NCBI GenBank assembly: GCA_017881765.1
Contig: JADGQN010000002.1
Span: forward strand, 1 to 36,245
DNA from: Syntrophobacterales bacterium
GTDB taxonomy: Bacteria; Desulfobacterota; Syntrophorhabdia; Syntrophorhabdales; WCHB1-27
Reading direction: 5' to 3'
DNA: 36,245 bases
Shown: positions 1 to 7,667 of the stretch, in pieces
How positions within the stretch are numbered: the first letter of the stretch is position 1
How the letters are laid out: each line of letters starts with the position of its first letter
The notes under the pieces: generated by a model
What the model was told of the DNA's origin: nothing
The model's database searches: none
Seen by the model: only the letters and a program-made list of their open reading frames with translations
Made by a program: the position numbers and the translations under genes

Positions 1-1195
1 AGTATCTTCCCAGATACTCGTACCCAAGCCCTTCATCCCCCAACCTGCCCACGACCATACCATACTTCTGATAGATGCTTGGCAGGTTCTCCTTGTATGG
101 GAGGATTCCTTTCAACACGTCAGCGGCGCCGGAAAGATCCCCACTCCCTTCGAGTGCCGAAGCGAGGAAGTAGCGAGCGATGGGGTCGGTCTCATCGCGT
201 AACACCTCTACTGCTTCTTTGAATCGCTGGCCTCTGACAAACATTTCACCAAGAAAGAGATTCCTGTACGGCGACCCCATGTTCCGGATGATCTCTTCGG
301 CCTTAGCCGCGTTGCCCTTGAGGGTGTAAACGAGCGCGGCTCCGTAGGCGCCGACGGGATCCTTCGGATCTCTCCCATGCTTCCCCAGCCACATTTCCTC
401 GATGGCAGGACTGAGAGGCCTATTCAGGATTTTCAACCTCGCCTGAACGTACGGAAAAAAATCCGTCTTCACCGTGGTCTTGGGTAAAGTAATTCTGCTT
501 TCAATTTTTGCTGCCCGAATATCGGAGTAGGGGTGGGTGAGGAGGTACTGCGGAACCGCCTTTTCAGACTCGGTAGAACGAATCTTCTTCAAGAAATCGG
601 CAAGACCGCGCCCACTGTAACCTGACGCCTCTGTGGTGGCCAGTCCGGCCATGTCTGCCTCGTCTTCGTACTCACGGGAGAACTTGAGGGACAGGGTCTG
701 GGAGGCAGCCATAGTGGAAGTCATCAGGGCCGGGCCAAGGGCGCCTGCTCCGGGTATCAGCGCGCCCAGCAGTATGCCCGCGAGCGAAGCTATACTGAGC
801 GGCTTCTCTTTTTCCATGCTTTTGGCGACGTGACGTCTGGCGACGTGGCCAAGCTCATGTGCGAGAACGCCTGCTACTTCTTCTTCCCGATCGGCCATTT
901 CGATGAGGCCCGTCGTCACATACGCATATCCACCCATGGTCGCAAAAGCATTGGGCGTCGGTGACTCGACGACGGTGAGTCTGACGGGAAAGGGCACGCC
1001 GGCGTTCGGTTCAAGCCTCTTGGCGATCCTCCCTATATAGAGGCATACGTACGGATCGTTGTTCAGCCTGAATGATCTGAGCACCTCGAGGTGAATCTGC
1101 TTGCCGGCCTTCTCTTCATCGCTCAGCGTGAGGCCCGACGCGGTAAAGGGAAGACAGACAAGGAGGATTGCGACCGTGAGGGCTTTGAATTTCAT
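1..1195 (-). CDS. M48-family zinc metallopeptidase with C-terminal TPR-like helical region (BepA/YfgC-like); C-terminus runs off the window edge
   Basis: Absent from the ORF track because it is open at the window edge. My own translation from the ATG at 1195 gives MKFKALTVAILLVCLPFTASG (signal peptide), then VAGVLAHELGHVARRH (HExxH; the His codon at 859-857 is in frame with 1195), then EDEADMAG, then helical repeats. Its ATG overlaps the upstream gene's stop (ATGA, 1195-1192). Confidence 0.85.
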   Translation of the reverse strand, partial: MKFKALTVAILLVCLPFTASGLTLSDEEKAGKQIHLEVLRSFRLNNDPYVCLYIGRIAKRLEPNAGVPFPVRLTVVESPTPNAFATMGGYAYVTTGLIEMADREEEVAGVLAHELGHVARRHVAKSMEKEKPLSIASLAGILLGALIPGAGALGPALMTSTMAASQTLSLKFSREYEDEADMAGLATTEASGYSGRGLADFLKKIRSTESEKAVPQYLLTHPYSDIRAAKIESRITLPKTTVKTDFFPYVQARLKILNRPLSPAIEEMWLGKHGRDPKDPVGAYGAALVYTLKGNAAKAEEIIRNMGSPYRNLFLGEMFVRGQRFKEAVEVLRDETDPIARYFLASALEGSGDLSGAADVLKGILPYKENLPSIYQKYGMVVGRLGDEGLGYEYLGRY

Positions 1196-2214
1196 CGACA
1201 ACTTTTTGCTTTTCGGCCCTTCGATCTCTTTGCCTTCCTGGAGGATTTTTTTACCGCCGGAGGATGCTGCACAGGCATCTTATACGAGGAAAGAGTGATG
1301 GCGGACGCTTTAGCCAGCGTCAGTTCCGTCTTTGTCGGGAGTCGCTCGTAAAGCTGGCCGAGGATATCAACGGCATCGCCCCAGAGGTTTCTGCTTCCGA
1401 GGAGCGCAAGGATATAGACGTGGCCATCCTTTTCGAAGGCCCCCACGTAACAGTGTTTGGACACTCTAGTAAAACCGGTTTTACCGCCGATGGAAGGCTC
1501 GAAGCAGAACAGGAGTCGGTTGTGGTTTGCGTAACGTATGTCCTGTCTCCCTCCTTTGAAGAGGAAATATCTCTGGGAAACGATCTCCCGAAATTGATCG
1601 TTGGAGAGCGCATATCGAAACATGAGGGCAAGGTCCCAGCAGGTACTATAGTGACCGGGCACATAGAGCCCTGAAGCATTTCTGAAGTGCGTGTTTATTG
1701 CGCCAATCTCGCGGGCCTTCTCATTCATCATGGCCGCAAAATCTTCCTCGCTTCCGGCTATAGCGAGACCAAGCGTATAAGCCGCGTCGTTGGCCGATTC
1801 GACCATCGTTCCCCTGATGAGGTCTGCTGCCCTGTAGGATTTGCCGGGCGCAAGATTCAATTTCGAAGGAGGTATCGTGCGCACGCTTGCGGTCGCGGTA
1901 ATCGGTGACGATCCGTCCAGCTTTTCGAGGGCGAGAATTGTGGTCATCACCTTTGTCGTGCTCGCCGGGGGAAGCTCCTCATGATAGTTTTTTCCCGCAA
2001 GCACCGCCATAGTCTCCTTTTCTACCAGCAGGTAAGCACGTGCGGTAATCTGCGCTTCCGCGTGGAGACAGAGAGAAAAAAGTGTGATCACAACTGCCAC
2101 AGCAAGAACCAGGACGCGTTTACGTATGATTGCACCCCCTGACTGTATATTCAAAGCCGCTCTGTATCTGTACTGCAGTATATATGCCAATGCTGTTTTT
2201 TTCAAGTAGGCCAC
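1192..2214 (-). CDS. D-alanyl-D-alanine carboxypeptidase (serine peptidase S11, PBP5/6 type)
   Basis: 340 aa ORF with an N-terminal hydrophobic signal/anchor. It carries the three penicillin-binding motifs: SxxK (ASTTKVMT), SxN (ESANDAA) and KTG (GGKTGFT). The start codon (GTG at 2214) is uncertain. Confidence 0.85.
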   Translation of the reverse strand: MAYLKKTALAYILQYRYRAALNIQSGGAIIRKRVLVLAVAVVITLFSLCLHAEAQITARAYLLVEKETMAVLAGKNYHEELPPASTTKVMTTILALEKLDGSSPITATASVRTIPPSKLNLAPGKSYRAADLIRGTMVESANDAAYTLGLAIAGSEEDFAAMMNEKAREIGAINTHFRNASGLYVPGHYSTCWDLALMFRYALSNDQFREIVSQRYFLFKGGRQDIRYANHNRLLFCFEPSIGGKTGFTRVSKHCYVGAFEKDGHVYILALLGSRNLWGDAVDILGQLYERLPTKTELTLAKASAITLSSYKMPVQHPPAVKKSSRKAKRSKGRKAKSCR

Positions 2215-2460
2215 GGGGTCCGATATCAGGCAACGGCCATTTGACTTGGCCTACGTGTCCCGGTATAAGACAAGTCTGATGGCAAAAATTCTACCGTGCC
2301 CCCTATCTATAGTTATCGCACTTTTCACCGTATCCTGCATAAGCACCATGCCTCCTTTCAATGAGGTGAACTGGCGGCATCATGCGGAAAGCTGCAACGT
2401 GGGTACCCGGAAGGTATACATAGCGAAGCATCCCCGGTGGGACATGAAGGCAAATTGGTA

Positions 2461-2805
2461 TTACTTTTCGTCGCGGGGTTTGACGGCAATATCAAGCACA
2501 ACGGCCTGTACGATGTCGAAGAGCACATCGTCGGAAGGGTCCACCCTCTGCCTCTCAAAGTAAGAGAGTGCGGCGGAACGGATATCACTGAGAACCTGGA
2601 CACAATCCTGCTTCCAGAAAGCCCGGTCCTCCGCCATGTTTCTCACGGCATCAATGGTCCACTGAGCTGCTCCGGCGTGCGTGGGGGTACTTAACCCGTC
2701 CATAACGTCGCATAGCTGGTTGGCGATCTGCCCGGCGGAATATTGCTTGACATAGTACTCTATGAAAGCCTTAAACGTCCGATGTTTTGAAGTATCAATC
2801 AGCAT
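2461..2805 (-). CDS. hypothetical protein, 114 aa, predicted all-helical, no recognisable motif
   Basis: Complete ORF on the same strand as, and 121 bp downstream of, the radical SAM gene. I recognise no family. Confidence 0.5.
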   Translation of the reverse strand: MLIDTSKHRTFKAFIEYYVKQYSAGQIANQLCDVMDGLSTPTHAGAAQWTIDAVRNMAEDRAFWKQDCVQVLSDIRSAALSYFERQRVDPSDDVLFDIVQAVVLDIAVKPRDEK

Positions 2806-2926
2806 TGTTCACTCTTATCACAGATTCTAACGCTCATCAAAGAACATTCACCGGTACTTGGCGAGGCGAGCAGCCGAGGAACACCCGTGAAAAGACGCCA
2901 CGGGTACGCGGCTTGGTCCTTGCAAT

Positions 2927-4435
2927 TTATTCCGGGTAACCCATGTTCCCGCAACTCACCTTTCTGAAATGAAAACCGCAGATCGCCAGGCCAATAGCGA
3001 GCGGCATAAGACGCGGGTGCTTGAAGAGCGACCAGGCGAGCAGCTTCCAGTATTGAAAGCGCTCCTTTCCAGCTATGCCCAGGACAAAAACAGTTCTCAC
3101 GAAAGCGGTCACGTAACTCAAGTGAAAATGGAACATTTTCTGCTGGGAGGGGGTATAGTCGGCCAGGAATCGCCTAATCCGCTCGTAGTAGCATTTCGGG
3201 GAATAGATCGTATCCAGGGTTCTCTGATAGCCGCTGACAAGGAGCTCCCGGTTCATCTTCGGGATGAAATTCATTGACAGGTCCATGTGATCTCCCGAGA
3301 TGTCGTTAAGGAGACGACCTTCCTTGACGAGGCGTTCGTACAGCCGTGTTCCGCGTGGAGCGTTCAGCAGTCCCACCATTGCGGTGACTATGCCGCTCTC
3401 TTGTATGAACTTGGTGAGCCGATCAAAGATCGAGGGCGGGTCATTATCAAACCCGAGGATAAACCCTCCCTGGACCTGTAATCCTGATTTTTGGATAGTC
3501 TTCACGCACTCCATGAGGTTGCGATCCTTGTTCTGGAATTTGTTGCACTCGGCGAGGCTGGCTTCGTTCGGTGTTTCAATGCCCACAAAGACGGTGTCAA
3601 AGCCCGCGTGCCCCATGAGTCTCATGAGCTCAGGGTCGTCCGCAAGGTTGATAGAGGCCTCTGTTGCGAACGCAAACGGATAGTTCATTTTCTTCATCCA
3701 ATCACACATGGCGGGTAGTACTTCCTTCTTCAATTTTGCCTTGTTTCCGATAAAATTATCATCTACGAAAAAGACACTTCCCCTCCAGCCTGTCTGATGA
3801 AGATGGTCCAATTCCGCAATAATCTGAGCCGTGCCCTTCGTCCTTGGCTTTTGACCATAGAGCACCGTGATGTTACAGAACTCACAGTTGAAAGGACAGC
3901 CGCGCGAATACTGTATGTTCATCGAAGCGTAGTTCCTCTTTTTGACCATATCCCACAGCGGGATCGGCGTCTGCTCCATATCGGCCCAACGGTCCGATGT
4001 ATAGACGCGTTGAACCCTGCCCCTCTCCAGGTCCTCTAAAAACAGGGGGAGCGTTATCTCCGCCTCGTTAAGAACCAGATGGTCGACGTCGGGAAAATCT
4101 TCCGGTATTGCAGTGAAAAGAGGGCCTCCCCCAACGGTCTTGACCCCTAAAGCTTTACATCGCGCTATGACCTGTTGCACGGATTGCTTCTGGATGCACA
4201 TAGCGCTGATAAAGACGTAATCCGCCCATCGAAGGTCTTTATCCTCAAGAGGCCGTACCGGCATATCGACGAGCCTCTTCTCCCAGTTCCCCGGAATCAT
4301 CGCAGCGACCGTGAGGAGACCGAGCGGCGGAGAGCCTGCTTTTTTTGATATGAATTTGAGAGCATACTTATATGACCAGAATGTGTCAGGATGTTTAGGG
4401 TAGACCAGCAAAACATTCTTGCCTGTCGTTGACAT
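2927..4435 (-). CDS. B12-binding domain radical SAM protein with DUF4070-type C-terminal region
   Basis: 502 aa. The N-terminal flavodoxin-like B12-binding region is KNVLLVYPKHPDTFW...PPLGLLTVAAMIP. The CxxxCxxC radical SAM cluster is RGCPFNCEFCNI, and there is a conserved C-terminal helical region. SD GGAGGTGA lies 7 nt upstream of the ATG. Confidence 0.85.
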   Translation of the reverse strand: MSTTGKNVLLVYPKHPDTFWSYKYALKFISKKAGSPPLGLLTVAAMIPGNWEKRLVDMPVRPLEDKDLRWADYVFISAMCIQKQSVQQVIARCKALGVKTVGGGPLFTAIPEDFPDVDHLVLNEAEITLPLFLEDLERGRVQRVYTSDRWADMEQTPIPLWDMVKKRNYASMNIQYSRGCPFNCEFCNITVLYGQKPRTKGTAQIIAELDHLHQTGWRGSVFFVDDNFIGNKAKLKKEVLPAMCDWMKKMNYPFAFATEASINLADDPELMRLMGHAGFDTVFVGIETPNEASLAECNKFQNKDRNLMECVKTIQKSGLQVQGGFILGFDNDPPSIFDRLTKFIQESGIVTAMVGLLNAPRGTRLYERLVKEGRLLNDISGDHMDLSMNFIPKMNRELLVSGYQRTLDTIYSPKCYYERIRRFLADYTPSQQKMFHFHLSYVTAFVRTVFVLGIAGKERFQYWKLLAWSLFKHPRLMPLAIGLAICGFHFRKVSCGNMGYPE

Positions 4436-4679
4436 GCTCGGCTCACCTCCGCGCCCGACCCACGGTATCGTCTGCTATGGGTCACGCAGTCCTTATAAAC
4501 GTTGATTTTGCGGCCGACTAGCGAGTGTACCTTAGGATCAGATACTCTGAGCTATTCGGCTTTCTAAGAATATACCAATCTTCTCTTGTTCTGTGAATTC
4601 TTTTTTTCTTCTCGAGTGGTGGACTTTACAAAACCGAGGGTGGGGAGGGAGGTACAGGCCGGTTGCGCTCCCGCCTGTC

Positions 4680-5393
4680 TCATCCGTCAAATAGCGGGCG
4701 CGTATCTACGTGCTTCTCCACTATGTCCGCCAGCAGCGTCCGGTCCGGCAAACCCCGGGGCGCAGTTTCCAGATGAGGGAACAGACCGAGAAGTGGAACA
4801 TCAAGGTAACGGGCAAGCATCTCAGGATTGGTTCTTGCGGCAAGATCCTTCTTGCCTTCGTCGTCATTGAGTATAACGCCGGCAATAGTGACGCCTTCCC
4901 GTTTGAGGTGCGCGCAGGTAAGCAAGGTGTGGTTGATCGTGCCCAGACCCAGCCTGGCCACGACAAGAGCCCGCACATCCCACCTTTTCATGAGATCCAC
5001 ATAGAAGAAATTCCTGGTAATGGGGACGAGGACGCCGCCGGCGCCTTCTATGAAAAGAATCTGGTGGCCGACCTTCAACTGGTTGTAAGCCCGATCAACC
5101 AGTTGAAGGTCGACGCGCACATGTTCCAGTTCGCTCGCCGTCTCCGGAGCGAGGGGGGACTCGAAGCAGTAAGGATTTATGAGCGAGAGGTCATCCTGGC
5201 TGCCCGATGCCTCTTTGAGCAGAATTGCATCCCAGGGAAGGAGGTCCTTACCATGAAGCGTGAGCCCGGCCTCGAAAGGCTTCATCACCCCGACATCAAG
5301 CCCTTTGCGCAACGCGAAAAAGGCTGCCAAGCCGCAAGTGACAACGGTTTTGCCGATGCCGGTATCGGTGCCGGTCACAAAAATGGGTCTCAT
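4680..5393 (-). CDS. bioD: dethiobiotin synthase
   Basis: 237 aa. The N-terminal P-loop is FVTGTDTGIGKTVVTCGL, and length and layout fit BioD. Confidence 0.88.
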   Translation of the reverse strand: MRPIFVTGTDTGIGKTVVTCGLAAFFALRKGLDVGVMKPFEAGLTLHGKDLLPWDAILLKEASGSQDDLSLINPYCFESPLAPETASELEHVRVDLQLVDRAYNQLKVGHQILFIEGAGGVLVPITRNFFYVDLMKRWDVRALVVARLGLGTINHTLLTCAHLKREGVTIAGVILNDDEGKKDLAARTNPEMLARYLDVPLLGLFPHLETAPRGLPDRTLLADIVEKHVDTRPLFDG

Positions 5394-5603
5394 TTAGCGC
5401 AGTACTGAAGCCAGCAGGATGGCCATGCCTATGCAGATGGCCGCGCAGATCAAGGCATAGCCGAGGTTGCCTTCTTCGGAAATCTTTTTTTCAAAGTCGC
5501 CCGAGAAACTTGCACCCACGATCTTTGTGGCTATCAAGACCACGATCAAGTAGACCGACGCGTAGACGAACATTTCTACGATGTTTCCCAGTATCCGCCA
5601 CAT
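5394..5603 (-). CDS. small membrane protein, DUF350-like
   Basis: 69 aa with two hydrophobic helices. Its stop abuts the bioD start directly, and it lies 11 bp downstream of the rex stop. Confidence 0.55.
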   Translation of the reverse strand: MWRILGNIVEMFVYASVYLIVVLIATKIVGASFSGDFEKKISEEGNLGYALICAAICIGMAILLASVLR

Positions 5604-5614
5604 CTGTTTGCTCC

Positions 5615-6295
5615 TTAGCGGGACAGGTAGTAGACGAGATTGTCCAGCGCCGATGTAAAAAATACGTTTCTCAGCACAACGTTTGGCGGAACCTTTATTT
5701 GTGTTGGAGCGAAATTCATAATGCCTTTAACGTTGGCATCAACCAGCTGTGCCGCAACCGTCTGAGCTGAGGCCGGAGGGGTTGCAATGAGACCGATTTC
5801 TATGTTCCGGGCCTTAACCACTTCCTTGAGGCTGTCTATGTGGAGAATTTCGATGGGCTTGCCCATTTTTTCAGAGATGTGCCCGACTACCGTGACGGGG
5901 TCCTGGTCAAATGCAGCAACGATCTTATAGTTCTGTTTCAAGAATCCCTTGTACATCAGCAAGGCCGAGCCGAGATTTCCGATCCCGATAATGGCGATTC
6001 TCCACTCACGATTTGTGCCCAGTATTTCTTTTATGTGATACCGTAAGTCTTTGACATTGTATCCCATGCCTCTTATACCAAACTCGCCGAAGTATGCGAA
6101 ATCCTTGCGCACCTGAGCTGCATTGACGCTGCATATGGAAGCGATCAGTGCGCTGGACGCCACCTTTTCGCTTTTTGTTTCGAGGTCATCCAGGGCTTTC
6201 AAATAGTTGGAAAGCCTTCTGATGGTCGCTTCAGGGATCTTTGGATACTTTGCCGTTTTTCCGAACTTTCTATCTGCTGGTCTGTCCTGCTCCAC
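5615..6295 (-). CDS. rex: redox-sensing transcriptional repressor Rex
   Basis: 226 aa. It has an N-terminal winged-helix region (IPEATIRRLSNYLKAL) and a Rossmann NADH site (IAIIGIGNLGSALL). The start is GTG, with SD GAGGTGA upstream. Confidence 0.9.
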   Translation of the reverse strand: MEQDRPADRKFGKTAKYPKIPEATIRRLSNYLKALDDLETKSEKVASSALIASICSVNAAQVRKDFAYFGEFGIRGMGYNVKDLRYHIKEILGTNREWRIAIIGIGNLGSALLMYKGFLKQNYKIVAAFDQDPVTVVGHISEKMGKPIEILHIDSLKEVVKARNIEIGLIATPPASAQTVAAQLVDANVKGIMNFAPTQIKVPPNVVLRNVFFTSALDNLVYYLSR

Positions 6296-6326
6296 TTTTC
6301 ACCTCATATGTCGAATACTGTAAAAT

Positions 6327-6409
6327 CAAGAGAAAATTTTATCAAGCCGAAAACGTTTTGCCATTGTACACCCTAATGTCTGGTTGAGCAAGAGAAAATT
6401 TTATCAAGC
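6327..6409. repeat. perfect 21 bp direct repeat CAAGAGAAAATTTTATCAAGC, two copies (6327-6347 and 6389-6409), 62 bp period, upstream of rex
   Basis: Read directly from the sequence. On the minus strand each copy reads GCTTGATAAAATTTTCTCTTG. The rex-proximal copy supplies TTGATA, then 17 nt, then TACAGT, a plausible sigma70-type promoter. Confidence 0.9.
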
Positions 6410-6594
6410 TAGGAGCACAGTCTCAGCGGGGCGCTCTCGTCTCGATTGCAATGATTCGAACAGGCGCAGAAGGAAACGTTCTCCACAGTCGTGGTAGGAA
6501 TTTTCTTGGGATCGCGGGTGCAGTTACAAACCCGAAATCCGTGCGTGCGAGTGGGCCGGCTGACACGAGCAACCCAGAGGGCCGCCGGCTTAGT

Positions 6595-7395
6595 CTACTG
6601 TACGAGACCCAGAACATCTTTCATGTCATAAACACCGGGGGGCTGGCGCGTGAGCCATTTGGCGGCAAGCAGGGCACCGCGGGAAAAATTATCCCGGGAG
6701 GCTGCCCTGTGGGTGATCTCCAGGCGTTCGCCGAGACCGACAAAAAATACGGTGTGTTCTCCGACGATATCACCGCCACGGACGGCAAGGACACCTATCT
6801 CCCCGGGTTTGCGCTCGCCAACCATGCCGTCTCTGCCAGAGACCTGGAACGAAGGCGTTGCGGGTCGGGCCGCTTCTATTACATGCCGGAGCCTGACCGC
6901 GGTACCGCTCGGCGCGTCTTTTTTCCATTTGTGGTGGAGCTCCAGAATCTCGACATCGTAGTCGGCTGTGAGGGCAGATGCGGCCCGGCGCACGAGATCG
7001 AACATCAGGTTAACGCCGATGCTCATATTGGGCGATATCACTACCCTTGCTCCGGCCATCCTGGATATTTCCTGAAAGGCATTCTGGGGAAATCCCGTTG
7101 TTCCTATCACCATGGCCTTGCGACTGGCGACTGCCAGTCTGAAATGCTCAAGCGTTGAGGCAGGTTCTGTAAAATCAACGATAACATCGGCGAGCTCAAT
7201 CACCCGGGCCGGATCGTCGCTTACGTTGCAGGTCGCGGGCACTCCTGGCAGTGCGACGTCGAGCCTCTTCCCCACCATCGGATGGCCCTTTCTTTCCAAC
7301 CCTCCGACTACGTCAAACTCCGGGTCGGACAGAGCGAGTTTCAGTATGGCGCTGCCCATCCTTCCACAGACTCCGGCGATAGCCAGCTTAATCAT
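6595..7395 (-). CDS. dapB: 4-hydroxy-tetrahydrodipicolinate reductase
   Basis: 266 aa. The N-terminal motif is KLAIAGVCGRMGSAI, followed by the HHKWKKDAPSGTA motif typical of DapB. Confidence 0.92.
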   Translation of the reverse strand: MIKLAIAGVCGRMGSAILKLALSDPEFDVVGGLERKGHPMVGKRLDVALPGVPATCNVSDDPARVIELADVIVDFTEPASTLEHFRLAVASRKAMVIGTTGFPQNAFQEISRMAGARVVISPNMSIGVNLMFDLVRRAASALTADYDVEILELHHKWKKDAPSGTAVRLRHVIEAARPATPSFQVSGRDGMVGERKPGEIGVLAVRGGDIVGEHTVFFVGLGERLEITHRAASRDNFSRGALLAAKWLTRQPPGVYDMKDVLGLVQ

Positions 7396-7399
7396 AGTC

Positions 7400-7561
7400 C
7401 CTCCAGTGCCGGTTCGGATTCATTCATAGACCCGTGTTTGGACACGGGTACCCCTCTTCGTTGCCGGCGCCCCGTCTCACTCCGACGTACCTTAAGTACG
7501 CCTCCGTTCGCCAAGGCTTGAGCGCCTCGCTCTCTGAATGAATCCGAACCGGCACGGTAGC
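7400..7561. repeat. inverted-repeat element in the dapA-dapB spacer
   Basis: The 21 nt arm GTGCCGGTTCGGATTCATTCA (7406-7426) is perfectly complementary to TGAATGAATCCGAACCGGCAC (7535-7555). The pairing extends to 27 nt with 2 mismatches (7400-7426 / 7535-7561). The 108 nt interior holds further hairpins (ACCCGTGT..ACACGGGT at 7430-7449; CGTAC..GTACG around 7486-7500). Confidence 0.9.
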
Positions 7562-7610
7562 TCAAAGGTAAGGTTCAGCAGAGGAGTGTTGTGCTCATCT
7601 GTTTCACAAC

Positions 7611-7665
7611 TCGTAACACATAACACTGGTCGACACCGACCACCGACCACCGATCACTCGTCGCT
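7611..7665. repeat. degenerate heptamer array with CAC anchor (TAACACA TAACACT ... GACCACC GACCACC GATCACT)
   Basis: CAC recurs at 7617, 7624, 7634, 7641, 7648 and 7655, a 7 nt period with one 10 nt step. The composition matches the right arm of the 30210-30241 element. Confidence 0.7.
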
Positions 7666-7667
7666 GG

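Noticed and set aside
4436-4679. A possible cobalamin riboswitch in the 244 nt leader of the B12-binding radical SAM gene, or a lysine riboswitch near the dap/lys genes.
   Set aside because: I could not find a B12-box-like core or the conserved L-box helices by eye. I saw only generic hairpins (GACCCA..TGGGTC at 4467-4493). An Infernal scan would be needed, so no claim is made.
4710-5408. Long ORFs antisense to confidently assigned genes: 4710-5408(+), 6451-7158(+), 11385-12110(+), 14924-15670(-), 17611-18321(-), 20077-20880(-), 22527-23201(-), 26120-26671(-), 27376-28194(-).
   Set aside because: Each lies entirely opposite a gene with clear family motifs. Their translations are Arg/Pro/Ser/Gly-rich with no motifs, as expected for shadow frames in GC-rich coding DNA. 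None has a convincing SD.
7400-7561. Calling the dapA-dapB inverted-repeat element a MITE or mobile element.
   Set aside because: There is no target-site duplication flanking the arms, no second copy within this window, and no transposase. It is listed as a repeat, with MITE as only one hypothesis.
7589-7609. A Rex-operator-like sequence, TTGTG-CTCATCTGTTT-CACAA, in the dapA-dapB spacer.
   Set aside because: The canonical TTGTGAA-N6-TTCACAA has 10 nt between TTGTG and CACAA, whereas here there are 11. The left half-site lacks the AA. The site is inside a lysine-biosynthesis operon rather than at a redox-gene promoter. It is more simply a small hairpin within the heptamer module.
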